A DNA stretch of 63,885 nucleotides, filler included, from Octopus bimaculoides (Eukaryota): the NCBI RefSeq assembly GCF_001194135.2. It is 7 parts of 7 records of this genome, joined end to end, with 100 filler letters (N's around TTAATTAATTAA, not from the genome) between each part and the next. Parts side by side here need not be neighbours in the genome. Positions count along the whole stretch, not along the records: positions 4,964 to 29,011 come from NC_069008.1; 6 more parts are not named here. One strand, given 5' to 3'. Under the pieces are notes generated by a model. That model was not told where the DNA came from. It saw nothing but the letters and a program-made list of their open reading frames with translations, and ran no database searches. Below are positions 10,495 through 23,250 of the stretch, in pieces; the stretch's first letter is position 1, and every line of letters starts with the position of its first letter. The position numbers and the translations under genes were made by a program.

Positions 10495-11428
10495 CACATG
10501 AGCAGATAGAGAGGAGAGGGAAGAGGAATGCAGATGAATAGAGAAGATGAGAGAGAGAGAGAGGGGAGGGATGAGATAGATGATTAAAGAGGGAGAGTGA
10601 AAGAAATAAGCAAAAGATACAGAAAGATATAGGCAGAGAGAGAGAGAGAGAGAGAAGCAGACAGAAGGAAAGGGAGAGATATAGAGTGNNNNNNNNNNNN
10701 NNNNNNNNNNNNNNNNNNNNNNNNNNNNNNNNNNNNNNNNNNNNNNNNNNNNNNNNNNNNNNNNNNNNNNNNNNNNNNNNNNNNNNNNNNNNNNNNNNNN
10801 NNNNNNNNNNNNNNNNNNNNNGAGAGAGAGAGAGAGAGAGAAGCAGACAGAAGGAAAGGGAGAGATATAGAGTGAGAAAGAAATAAGCAAAAGAGAGACA
10901 CAGACAGACAGACAGACAGAGAGAGGAAGACATATACATAGATGGATAGACAGAAAGAGAGAAGTAAATAAGCAAAAGACACAGAAAGATATAGGCAGAG
11001 AGAGAGACACACACACACATACATAGAGATAGACAGACAGATGGATGGATAGATAGAGAGAAGTAAATAAGGAAAAGACACAGAAAGAGAGACACACACA
11101 CATACATAGAGATAGACAGACAGATGGATGGATAGATAGAGAGAAGTAAATAAGGAAGAGACACACACATACATAGAGATAGACAGACAGATAGATGGAT
11201 GGATAGATAGATAGATAGAGAGAAGTCAATAAGGAAAAGCTATAGACAGCAAGAGAGAAGGAAATGAGCAAAAGATACAGGTAGAGAGAGAGAAACAGAA
11301 GAAATATAGAGAAGTAGAGGGAGAGAAAACGAGAAATCAAGGTAGTTGGAGAAAGAGAGAGTGGATACAGAGAGAGAGTGAAACTAAAAATATAGGAAAG
11401 TTGAGAGAGAAACAAGAAGTAATAGAAA
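10495..11428 (+). repeat. Polypurine composite minisatellite (AG/AGAT/ACAG blocks)
   Basis: Recurring unit agagaagtaaataag(g/c)aa..gacacacac..atacatagagatagacagacagatggatggatagat, about four copies. Confidence 0.8.
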
Positions 11429-11429
11429 A

Positions 11430-11810
11430 GGCGGTGAGCTGGCCGAATCGTTAGCACACCGGGCGAAATGCTTTCGGGTCGATAAATTAAGTACCAGTTA
11501 CGCACTGGGGTCGATGTAATCAACTTAATCCCTTTGTCTGTCCTTGTTTGTCCCCTCTATGTTTAGCCCCTTGTGGGCAATAAAGAAATAAGAAACGTTA
11601 ACACGCCGGATGAAATGCTTAGCGATATTTCATTCGTCCTCAGGTTCTGAGTTCAAATTCCGCCGAGGTCGACTTTGCCTTTCATCCTTTCGTGGTCAAT
11701 AAATTAAGTACCAGTTACGCACTGGGGTCGATGTAATCGACTTAATCCCTTTGTCTGTCCTTGTTTGTCCCCTCTATGTTTAGCCCCTTGTGGGCAATAA
11801 GGAAATACGA
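11430..11810 (+). mobile_element. SINE family D, head-to-tail dimer
   Basis: agctggc..gttagcac..cgggcgaaatgctt..ttctgagttcaaattccgccgaggtcgac..aagtaccagtt; dimer junction aataagaaacgtta. Other copies 9520-9960, 10320-10470(-), 22850-23025(-), 54280-54480(-), 57560-57775(-). Confidence 0.85.
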
Positions 11811-12121
11811 AGTATAGAAAAGTAGAAGGCTGGTAGAGAGAGAGAGAAAAAGCAAGAGGAATCAAGATAGTTGGATAGAGAGAGAGTGAGTGGAAACAGA
11901 GATAGAGGTAATTGGGGAGAGAGAGAGAGAAGGTGAGAGACAGAGAGCGAGCAAAGGAACTATAGATTGATTGAGCAACAGAACGAGGGAGTGTATACAA
12001 TTGAAACAGCTGTGATATCACATGTAAGAGGAGAAGGGGAGGGGGATCAGGAGAAGCACAGACAGAAATCATATCCATAAGTATGTGTATGTATATATGT
12101 ATACGCGTGTGAGAGTGTGTG

Positions 12122-12164
<43 letters not shown>

Positions 12165-12269
12165 ATGTGTGTGTATGGATAGATAGATAGATAGATAGAT
12201 AGACACTCCGATAGACAGGCACAGAGACAGGTAGGCCGAGAGAGAGAATAGATAGATAGATAGGCAGAC

Positions 12270-12300
<31 letters not shown>

Positions 12301-12399
12301 AGTGGGGGGGAGTGAGAAACATCTACGAGGAGTAGGAATGGATTTCGTGGAAGATAGAACTGTCGCCTTAAAAGATAGTAAAGTAGAAATGGGACATTT

Positions 12400-12495
12400 T
12401 CTCTCTCTCCTCGCTTCTCTCTGTATGTCTCTTACTCTCTTTCTTTATGTTTCTCCCTCCCCTCTCTCTGTGTCATCACCACCTCTCTCTCTCTT

Positions 12496-12531
<36 letters not shown>

Positions 12532-13800
12532 NNNNNNNNNNTATAGAAGGCGGTGCTCCAGCATGGCCGCAGTCAAATAACTGAAACAAGTAGAAGGAAA
12601 GGATATATGTGTGCGTGTGTTTGTGTTTGTTCCCCACAACCGCTTGACAACTGGTGTTGGTTTGTTTACGTCCCCGTAAATTTAGCGGTTCGGCAATAAT
12701 AACTACCCCGATAGAGTAAGTTCCAGAGGTTGAAAAACTTGCTGGGTCTCAGCCCCAGCTTGGCCACAATCCAAAGACTGAAACAAATGAAAGATAAAAT
12801 CAATGTCGATTAATAATAATTATATATATATACATACATACATACATACATACATGCATACCGCTTTGCCGTTTACTCTCTTTCCCTCTCTCTGTTTGCC
12901 TTTCTTCTTCTTCCTCTCTCTTTATCAATGACTATTTCACTTTTCCTATCCCTCTCTCTCTATGTCCGTTTTTCTTCTCCTTTCTCTCACTCTGCCAATG
13001 TCTATCTTCCTTTTCCTTTTCATCTTTCTCGCTGTCTTCTTTTTTCCCCTCTGTCTCTCTCTCTATATATTTTTGTCTTCCTTCTATCCCTCTCTCTTTC
13101 CCGCTCTGTCTTTCCGTCTCACCCTCTCTCCGATTACAATTCCATTTTTACGACAGTGAATTATCTCCCCTTACCTACCTCTTCGTCGTCCAGACCAGTT
13201 TGTGGCAGCCAGTCATCTAACATGACGTAGAGAAGAGACACAGCGAAGCCACCCCAGACTTAAAACAAAAACTTCTGCTGTTTCACCCTCAAAAACCAAC
13301 CAACAAAAAAGGACACCAACATATCGAGAAACTTGTCGGATATCCAGAGAAAGGCATCTATGGGTGGGTGTCCATTCGAAAGAGGAGCGGCTGATGATGG
13401 TGGTGGTCGTCTGCTGCAGCTAAACTGGGATTTCGTTTTGTGTTCGGTTTAAGAAGGAAAAAATAACTAAATTTATTCCTCTCTCTCCCTTTTCTCCTTC
13501 TTTCTTTTCTTTCTCCCTCTCTATCTCTCTTCCCCTCTTTTTCTTCTCTCTCTCTCTCCTTACTGTTTCGTTTTATCCTTTCTCTTCCTCCCTCTCTTTT
13601 CCTTTCTGTTCTGTTTCCTTTTTCTTTTCTTCCTCTCTCTCTCTCTTTTGTGTCCCTTTCTTTTCTCTCCCTCGCTCTCTTCTTTATCCTCTTTCTTTCT
13701 CCCTCCCTCGCTCTCCTGTATCCCTATCTTTTTCTTCCCCATTTAGTATCTCTTTCTCTTCCACTCTCTCTCCCTCTCTGTTCCGTATCTCTTCTTTACC
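12400..13800 (+). repeat. Polypyrimidine (CT)-rich tracts flanking a unique island
   Basis: CT-rich 12400-12530, 12870-13150 and 13470-13800; unique sequence at 13180-13460. Confidence 0.8.
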
Positions 13801-14379
13801 CACACAACACACACAAAAGACTAACAATAACATCACACCCCATCATCATCATCATTATCATCATCACAAGCAAATCAAACAACACACCACCACCACCATC
13901 ACCACCACCAACAACAACACTACTGTTACAGCAAGCACCAACACCACATCCCCTACCTGTACCGTCATCAACACCACAGCTACCACCAAATCTACATTAT
14001 TAACCACTGCTACACCGCCACACACATTATAACCATTCACTAGCCCCCTGATTCTCTCTTGACCCTTACTACCACTACGTTACAACCGCCAACACATCAG
14101 TACTTCCAACTATATCCCCAACACTACCACCACCACCACTACAAACAACTACCATAACACTATCGACAAAGCATCACTACTTATACCACTAACACCCCTA
14201 CTGCACCACCATTGACTACCACCAATACATCAGCATACTACTTGTGACCTCACCGCTACCAACTACCACCAAAAGACCAACACCTCCCCCGCTCCCATTA
14301 ACGACCACCATCACCACCTCGACCACCACCTCCGACTCCTCCGCCATCACCACCATCAAACTTCTACTTTAATGAAAAT

Positions 14380-14512
14380 ATGGCAGATTTTTTGAAATCT
14401 GCTTTTGGTTATTTAAGTGGAAGTACTCCTGGTCGTGAAGACAATGACTTCGTCGGACAAAGTGTTGAACTCGGACAACAAAAACTCCGAGTTAAGAGTG
14501 TCATCGCTGAAG
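14380..14512 (+). CDS. GAK: Cyclin-G-associated kinase / auxilin, coding exon 1
   Basis: ATG in aaatATGg context; MADFLKSAFGYLSGSTPGREDNDFVGQSVELGQQKLRVKSVIAE+G then gtaagt donor (133 nt, phase 1). Closely matches recalled human GAK N-terminus (..DQSDFVGQTVELGELRLRVRRVLAEG). Confidence 0.93.
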
Positions 14513-14785
14513 GTAAGTCCCTTAAACCACATTAATTATACACACACACACACACACATGCATGCACACATATAGAGCTGTGTTGTCAGCATTAAAGGCA
14601 CATGGGCAAATCAAAGCATAGGGCTCTTTCGTATTTATTTATTGACAGCAATCCATAGCATGTGTTAATCAGAAATGGGCCCCCAGACCCATAAGAGCCC
14701 TGGGTAATTTGCCCAGTGCCCTTGTTTTAAGACGACACTATATATATATATATATATATATACATATTTATGTACCCCTTTTCTT

Positions 14786-14823
14786 TTTCCTGATGAAGGA
14801 CTAGTGTCCAAAATGTTAAGGAC
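14786..14823 (+). ncRNA. Degenerate hammerhead relic
   Basis: CTGATGA-A-GGAC-TAGT-GTCC-AAAATGTTA: GAAAC decayed to AAAAT; helix II intact. Confidence 0.45.
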
Positions 14824-15259
14824 ACTTACCTACAAGCACTATTCTTATAACATTAAAACTTGTGCCTCTTATATTTTGTCAAGTTGTTGCTCTTACATCA
14901 CACACACACATACACACACACACACATGTATGTATGTCTGTTTATCTATTTATGTGTCTATGTAATAATTATTTGTTGAAATACGAATTCTTACTTGGAG
15001 GAAAAAATGGTTGGCTATGACTTCAGACTGGACCGATGGTTGCTAGTGAGCTGAGACTTCGAAGTAACTATTTCGGCCATTTCCTTTGTAAATGTTGATA
15101 AATATGCTACTCTGCTTAAAAGTATTGAGTGATCCTTCAATTTAATTCAGTATTTGTATATATGTATGTAGTGTGTGCATATATATCTGTATAGATGTAT
15201 ATATATATACATCTATATATATGCGTATGATGTACATATTTGTATGTATGCTGTGCATA

Positions 15260-15325
<66 letters not shown>

Positions 15326-15476
15326 CACATGTAGATCTGCGTATACACACACACACACATATATATATATATACATACACACACACATACATACACTCAC
15401 ACATTTGTTATATACACACAGCTATTTATTTTCATTTCTGTGAATATATAGGTACATAGAGATGTAAACATTTATG

Positions 15477-15512
<36 letters not shown>

Positions 15513-15628
15513 CGTGTGTGTGTATATATATATATGTACATGTGTGTGTATATATATGAACATGTGTGAATGTGTATACATATATGTATGTATGTGTGTG
15601 TGTGTATATATGTACATTTGTGTGTATG

Positions 15629-15662
<34 letters not shown>

Positions 15663-15672
15663 NNNNNNNNNN

Positions 15673-15715
<43 letters not shown>

Positions 15716-15786
15716 ATTAGTATTATGTATTTATGTATATATACACACAGTACTAGCTGACAGTGTAAATTATACATACATACATA

Positions 15787-16075
15787 CAGTGGTGGACTGA
15801 CCAGGTTGCCCAATGGCAAGACGGCCCCTGTGCCATTAGAATCCATATATGGGTGTGGCCCATGTTAGTATCTAAGGGATCCATACCCTCAAGTTTTAAA
15901 AATTTCTTATTCACTCCTGGAAGAATACATTAATTATTTCAGCCTGGATGTGTTTGTAGACAGTTGAAAAAGTTAAATGATAGCATATTGTAGTTAGGGG
16001 TGGGCCCTCTTGTAGTTGCAGGTGGGCCCCTTTAGTCTCCTGGCAACCAATATTTTTAAACCTAGTCCACCACTG
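15787..16075. mobile_element. hAT-type MITE with 8-bp TSD
   Basis: Perfect 12-bp TIR cagtggtggact / agtccaccactg; TSD catacata on both sides. Confidence 0.9.
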
Positions 16076-16284
16076 CATACATACATATCTATGTTATATA
16101 TACACAACTGTCTATCTTCATTACAGATATATACATGTATTTATGAACATAGATATATATATATATCTACGTGTGTGTGTGTGTATATATTTATATAAAT
16201 ATATATCCTCGCATTCGGTACTAAATGTGGTTATTTTGAGAAGTCCAGCGTGTGGCATTATTATTTTTTCTGTAGTAATGCCCA

Positions 16285-16316
<32 letters not shown>

Positions 16317-17312
16317 GATAGATAGATAGATAGATAGATTTGTCATGTGTTTGTATAGAAATAATAAAACTGAATTGAATTTATCATTTAATGATTAAAT
16401 TATTTAATTATTAAATTTTGTTATTTTTGTTTCCATTTCTAACTTGTATATATATATATATATATATATATATTTTATTTTATTTTTTTTTAATTTAATT
16501 TAATTTTATATTATATATTGTATATTATATTATATATTNNNNNNNNNNNNNNNNNNNNNNNNNNNNNNNNNNNNNNNNNNNNNNNNNNNNNNNNNNNNNN
16601 NNNNNNNNNNNNNNNNNNNNNNNNNNNNNNNNNNNNNNNNNNNNNNNNNNNNNNNNNNNNNNNNNNNNNNNNNNNNNNNNNNNNNNNNNNNNNNNNNNNN
16701 NNNNNNNNNNNNNNNNNNNNNNNNNNNNNNNNNNNNNNNNNNNNNNNNNNNNNNNNNNNNNNNNNNNNNNNNNNNNNNNNNNNNNNNNNNNNNNNNNNNN
16801 NNNNNNNNNNNNNNNNNNNNNNNNNNNNNNNNNNNNNNNNNNNNNNNNNNNNNNNNNNNNNNNNNNNNNNNNNNNNNNNNNNNNNNNNNNNNNNNNNNNN
16901 NNNNNNNNNNNNNNNNNNNNNNNNNNNNNNNNNNNNNNNNNNNNNNNNNNNNNNNNNNNNNNNNNNNNNNNNNNNNNNNNNNNNNNNNNNNNNNNNNNNN
17001 NNNNNNNNNNNNNNNNNNNNNNNNNNNNNNNNNNNNNNNNNNNNNNNNNNNNNNNNNNNNNNNNNNNNNNNNNNNNNNNNNNNNNNNNNNNNNNNNNNNN
17101 NNNNNNNNNNNNNNNNNNNNNNNNNNNNNNNNNNNNNNNNNNNNNNNNNNNNNNNNNNNNNNNNNNNNNNNNNNNNNNNNNNNNNNNNNNNNNNNNNNNN
17201 NNNNNNNNNNNNNNNNNNNNNNNNNNNNNATATCCTTGTACCCACATATACAGAATGTCAATATATTGTCTCTGTTTATTTCTAATGTGTATGTGTGTGT
17301 TTTTTGTGCGTG

Positions 17313-17346
<34 letters not shown>

Positions 17347-17506
17347 TCTTTCTGTCTGCATGTCTGGGACAGAGGTGACTGGAACAGAAGGCAGAGCAAT
17401 AATTGGAAAAGTAAATATGCAAATGATTATAGGAGAAATTAAGACATAAAATAACAGGCATGTGTTGTGCTTGCGTGTGTGTAATATATATGTGTTTGTG
17501 TGTATG

Positions 17507-17547
<41 letters not shown>

Positions 17548-17692
17548 ATGGATAGGTGTGTATATATATGGTTGGGTAGGTGTGTATGCTTGCGTGTATA
17601 TGTAAGAATAAGTATATGTGATTATATGTGAGTGTCTGTAAATATGTATGCATGTATGTATATTATTTATAATGTATGTAAATATATATAAT

Positions 17693-17741
<49 letters not shown>

Positions 17742-17895
17742 GCACATTTGTTTGTATGTTTGTATATATTTGCGTGAGGTATTTCTCTTGGCAATGAAGT
17801 TAACGGTTCGGTCAAAACCGAGTGGGCGGCATTCATTCATTAATTCATATTTATGTCTATTTATCTAAACGTATCTACCAATTTTTAGCATGTCC

Positions 17896-17941
<46 letters not shown>

Positions 17942-18502
17942 ACACACGTCTGTCTGTTTAGTTGTACGTGTAGATGTACACAGACAGACATACATACGTA
18001 TGTATTATGTAAAGATGTGTATCTTGTTTTCTTCTGGTTTCTAAGTGGCCCTTTATTGAGATTCTAGTTCGTGTAGGGTTAACCATTTTTAAGGGGCTCT
18101 TGGTTACTTAGTTTCTTGTGGATTTTGTTGTGTGTATGATACCATACATTGGTACTGTGTGTGTGATTGCCCTTCATCGTGGGTCCTATATCTGGCAAGG
18201 GTCGTACTTGTTTAGAGGTTTCTAGTTTAGGCAAGTTACCTTGCACGCGCATACACACAAACGTGTGTGTATATTTGTGTGTGTGTGTATGTGTGTGTAG
18301 GTATAGCTACATAAATGTCCTGTAGGTAAACCTACACACATGCACACACCCCCACCTCGGACTTTGTTTCCTCACAACTTTCAGATAAATGGATATGTTT
18401 CCATGAAATTTTTTCTACAAATCTTTTACAGATGTCTAAATTACAATTATGTCGAAATTTAATGTGAATAAATTTTTTTTTTAAATGAAGGGAGCCTACA
18501 CA

Positions 18503-18548
<46 letters not shown>

Positions 18549-18862
18549 NNNNNNNNNNNNNNNNNNNNNNNNNNNNNNNNNNNNNNNNNNNNNNNNNNNN
18601 NNNNNNNNNNNNNNNNNNNNNNNNNNNNNNNNNNNNNNNNNNNNNNNNNNNNNNNNNNNNNNNNNNNNNNNNNNNNNNNNNNNNNNNNNNNNNNNNNNNN
18701 NNNNNNNNNNNNNNNNNNNNNNNNNNNNNNNNNNNNNNNNNNNNNNNNNNNNNNNNNNNNNNNNNNNNNNNNNNNNNNNNNNNNNNNNNNNNNNNNNNNN
18801 NNNNNNNNNNNNNNNNNNNNNNNNNNNNNNNNNNNNNNNNNNNNNNNNNNNNNNNNNNNNNN

Positions 18863-18893
<31 letters not shown>

Positions 18894-19189
18894 TCGATTA
18901 GGAGAGCGCGTAGTTATGCAGACGTGGTGTTGTTGCTTTCGCACCAGGACAACCCTTCCGTTCCACCCACGACCGACTTCACTACATTAGCCAATATCTA
19001 AGACAGTGGATGAGTGTGTGCTTTGAGGAAGATTTGTCTGTGCTGCTATCTCAAGCGGCCTGACTGACCACCTAGTCCTTCCCTAGTTGACTATTTTCTT
19101 TCTGTCTCTTTGTATGTTATATAGAACTTCCTCAATGTGTGTGGTAATATATATGACCGCAGCCACTTGGCTGAAACATAAATAAATAA

Positions 19190-19224
<35 letters not shown>

Positions 19225-19292
19225 TCCTTCATTCAATGTTAGTATGTGTATATGTGTTTAAATGTTCGTGTTGATGTGTATATATATATATA

Positions 19293-19323
<31 letters not shown>

Positions 19324-20598
19324 TTGTGTGTGTATTGATGTATATATGCATTTGTATGTAAGTATAGAAACATACACACACGTAGTTATGTAAGCTGTGT
19401 ATAATACATACGTGTGAGTGGGTGTGTCTCCCGCATGATTTGTAAAGGACGATGAACGAGAGAGAGTGGGAGAAAGAAAGGGAGAAACCATTGTGGTCTC
19501 CCAGGTGGTGGAGTTATATCTAATAACTACATGAGAAAAATCGAGGTACTCCCTCATAATTATAGGGAAAAAAAGGCCTTTTCTGCCTTCATTTCATCGT
19601 ATAAATATATTTGTAATGTAAAACAAAAAGCGATAAGTTTCGGAGAATGGGGTTTGTGTAGCCGATTACATCAGCAGTATATTATTATTAAGACTGTGTT
19701 TTATTGACTTAACTCTGCTTGGGAAGGACAAGAGACGGGTTGGTCGAAAGGCGAGAGCTGAACACGAAACGGGGAGTGGTGCAATCCTATATGAGTGTAC
19801 TATTGAAACAAATGTAGACGTCTCAGTCGTGAAATGAAAAAAAAAAAAACCCCAAAAAACAAAAAAAAAAAAACCATCAGAAACAAATGATGACATATAG
19901 CTTTTCTAGATAGGCGCCGGATTGGCTGTGTGGTAAGTAGCTTGCTCACCAACCACATGGTTCCGGGTTCAGTCTTCTACTATAGCTTTGGGCCGACCAA
20001 AGCCTTGTGAGTGGATTTGGTAGACGGAAACTGAAAGAAGCCCGTCGTATATATGTATATGTGTGTGTGTTTGTCTGTGTATGTGTGTCTGTGTTTGCCC
20101 CCCCNNNNNNNNNNNNNNNNNNNNNNNNNNNNNNNNNNNNNNNNNNNNNNNNNNNNNNNNNNNNNNNNNNNNNNNNNNNNNNNNNNNNNNNNNNNNNNNN
20201 NNNNNNNNNNNNNNNNNNNNNNNNNNNNNNNNNNNNNNNNNNNNNNNNNNNNNNNNNNNNNNNNNNNNNNNNNNNNNNNNNNNNNNNNNNNNNNNNNNNN
20301 NNNNNNNNNNNNNNNNNNNNNNNNNNNNNNNNNNNNNNNNNNNNNNNNNNNNNNNNNNNNNNNNNNNNNNNNNNNNNNNNNNNNNNNNNNNNNNNNNNNN
20401 NNNNNNNNNNNNNNNNNNNNNNNNNNNNNNNNNNNNNNNNNNNNNNNNNNNNNNNNNNNNNNNNNNNNNNNNNNNNNNNNNNNNNNNNNNNNNNNNNNNN
20501 NNNNNNNNNNNNNNNNNNNNNNNNNNNNNNNNNNNNNNNNNNNNNNNNNNNNNNNNNNNNNNNNNNNNNNNNNNNNNNNNNNNNNNNNNNNNNNNNNN

Positions 20599-20636
<38 letters not shown>

Positions 20637-20918
20637 CAGTATGGAGTACATAAATTGAGGGGGTAATTATAAACCTGGCTATTACTTCTTTCGCATCCCA
20701 CCTCCATCGCTCAGGCACATCGACCCCCCCTTGTCTTTCCTCCTCTCCTCATACTTGATGCATCCTTCTTCACTAGAACTCCCTCCCCCTGGAACCTCTT
20801 CCCTGCTCATGCATTTCCTTGAAGCTATTGATCTGCAACAGTTTGAAACAGAACATTTAAACATTTTGGAGACTTGGAATAATCTCTGTATTATTATCTG
20901 TTGGTCTTTTAGGTTTTA

Positions 20919-21110
20919 CAAGGTGGTATCAAAAAATTCCTGGACTAGTTCTGCAGCACGCCAACAGATGGCAGCACACAGGTGTGTGCTCAGTGGGAGC
21001 TGTCAGTGACCTTCATGGGGTAGCATGCCGAGTGACATTGCTGTGTTTACTTCACAAGTTTCAAAGACCATACCAGCACAGCCATCTCTCTTGCACACCA
21101 CATCTGACGC
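20919..21110 (+). mobile_element. Mariner-like 5' end fragment
   Basis: TA|caaggtggtatcaaaaaattcctggact..cagatggcagcac resembles mariner TIR and subterminal sequence; no partner TIR seen. Confidence 0.5.
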
Positions 21111-21212
21111 CTCTTATGTCCAGTTTTTCTCTCTAGACACTTACACTGTCATGCATACACACTAATATTGTACATCCAGTGAAGCATACTAGCTTCATGC
21201 TAGCTGTATATA

Positions 21213-21250
<38 letters not shown>

Positions 21251-21448
21251 CATANNNNNNNNNNNNNNNNNNNNNNNNNNNNNNNNNNNNNNNNNNNNNN
21301 NNNNNNNNNNNNNNNNNNNNNNNNNNNNNNNNNNNNNNNNNNNNNNNNNNNNNNNNNNNNNNNNNNNNNNNNNNNNNNNNNNNNNNNNNNNNNNNNNNNN
21401 NNNNNNNNNNNNNNNNNNNNNNNNNNNNNNNNNNNNNNNNNNNNNNNN

Positions 21449-21633
21449 CTTCAGCTGCATGAAAATGCAGAAAATTACTAGCCTGATAGACTCGGCTATG
21501 TCAAGATGGTTTTATGTATTCTTCCTCACATTTGGATTTTTATGTATTCTCTCTCCCACTTGGATTTGAAATGTTGCCACATTTATAATATGTCTTTTCT
21601 ACAGTAATTTTCTGCATTTTCGTGCAGCTGAAG
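21449..21633. repeat. 31-bp inverted repeat pair
   Basis: cttcagctgcatgaaaatgcagaaaattact / agtaattttctgcattttcgtgcagctgaag, one mismatch; left arm abuts a gap. Confidence 0.75.
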
Positions 21634-21858
21634 ATTGCTCTTCATATTGCATTTAATGTAATACTCGCATTACTTAAATAAATTGGAGTAGCATGAAACG
21701 TGCATACTGCAATCACCTTTGAAATCCGTGTTGCTTATTTTTTGATTTTGATCACCGGGATACGATATTTTTGTGCCTACGCATAAGTACCATATTCAAC
21801 CTTGAATATATATACATATATATATATATATGTACAAATATATTACTGTACATGTATA

Positions 21859-22433
21859 CACAGACATGCAGGAAGTAAATAAACACCTTTAATTTGCAAA
21901 ATCTTTTATTTGATATTAATTGGTTGAAGGAGAGGTTTTCTTCTATCTGCTTGTCCATAATACCCAAGCTTATGCAGATATGTAACACATTCTTAGGCTA
22001 ACTTCTAGCTGTTTTTGCAATGTCAGAAGCCTTCGAATGGGGGTTCATTTTCCCGAATTCTCTTCACACAGTGATGCTTCCTTTCCAAGGGCCCAGGTCG
22101 GCCAAGACGAGAATCTGTTGATTCTGTTTCTTGGCTTTTGAATTGTATTATAATTCTATTAACAGTAGCAAGAGGAATTTGAAGATTTTCAGCAATTTTT
22201 CGCTGGCTAAGACCAGCCTCAGATTGCCTGACAATACGACCTCTTTGTAAATCTGACAGTTCTGCTGAATTTGTTGTGCGTGGCCTGGTTACTCTTTGCA
22301 AATGCTTAATATAATGGCAGCTGGAATGAAAAAGAATAATTGCATTGTAAATTCTACACCACTGAAAACATTAAGACGCTTAGATCAGAATTTTTTGGAA
22401 AATTAAAGGTGTCTATTTACTTCCTGCATGTCT
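21859..22433 (-). mobile_element. Internally deleted Tc1-like element with TIRs and HTH remnant
   Basis: TA|cacagacatgcaggaagtaaataaacacctttaattt is matched in reverse at 22393-22433; minus ORF ..[42 protein letters not shown]; right end runs into a gap. Confidence 0.85.
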
Positions 22434-23105
22434 NNNNNNNNNNNNNNNNNNNNNNNNNNNNNNNNNNNNNNNNNNNNNNNNNNNNNNNNNNNNNNNNNNN
22501 NNNNNNNNNNNNNNNNNNNNNNNNNNNNNNNNNNNNNNNNNNNNNNNNNNNNNNNNNNNNNNNNNNNNNNNNNNNNNNNNNNNNNNNNNNNNNNNNNNNN
22601 NNNNNNNNNNNNNNNNNNNNNNNNNNNNNNNNNNNNNNNNNNNNNNNNNATATATATATATATATACATATACACACACATGTATCCCTGTGTACTTATA
22701 TAGTGTGCGTAAATTTTGTCAGTGTTTATTAGCTAACATTATTGATCACATGAGCTATGGTCCGGTACAATGCTAAAAATAAAATCATTCTACAGAAAGT
22801 GTGTATGTGTGTGTCAATATACACATACAAACATGATATATTGATTTTCAAATTTTGGCACAAGGCCAGCAGTTTCGGAGGAGGACATAAGTCGATTACA
22901 TCAACCCCAGTGTTGAATTGGTACTTGTTTTATTAACCCTGTAAGTATAAAAAGCAAAGTCAACCCTGTTGGTATTTGAACCCAGGCAGAAAGGCCACTA
23001 AGCATTTTTCTAAGCACAGTGACCTCTCCACCTTACATGTATAATATATTTACATATACATAAATATATATATATAAACAAATATACACACACACTGTGT
23101 ATATG

Positions 23106-23136
<31 letters not shown>

Positions 23137-23137
23137 A

Positions 23138-23186
<49 letters not shown>

Positions 23187-23190
<4 letters not shown>

Positions 23191-23250
23191 CTCAGTCGGT
23201 AGAGTATCAAACTTTTAATCTGAGGGTCGTGGGTTCAAGTTCCTCTGTGA
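23187..23250 (+). pseudogene. tRNA-Lys(UUU)-derived relic lacking the 5' acceptor strand
   Basis: ATAGCTCAGTCGGTAGAGTATCAAACTTTTAATCTGAGGGTCGTGGGTTCAAGTTCC aligns to eukaryotic tRNA-Lys(UUU) D, anticodon (CTTTTAA) and T arms; the 5' acceptor strand is replaced by (AT)n and the 3' end is diverged. Confidence 0.85.

Noticed and set aside
10316-11523. Long ORFs of 196-344 aa
   Set aside because: Translations of (CT)/(AG) low-complexity sequence and N runs; the same applies to all [12 protein letters not shown] and X-rich ORFs in the track.
20731-21009. 92-aa ORF as a host exon
   Set aside because: No recognisable homology or splice sites; its 3' half reads through a mariner-like end.
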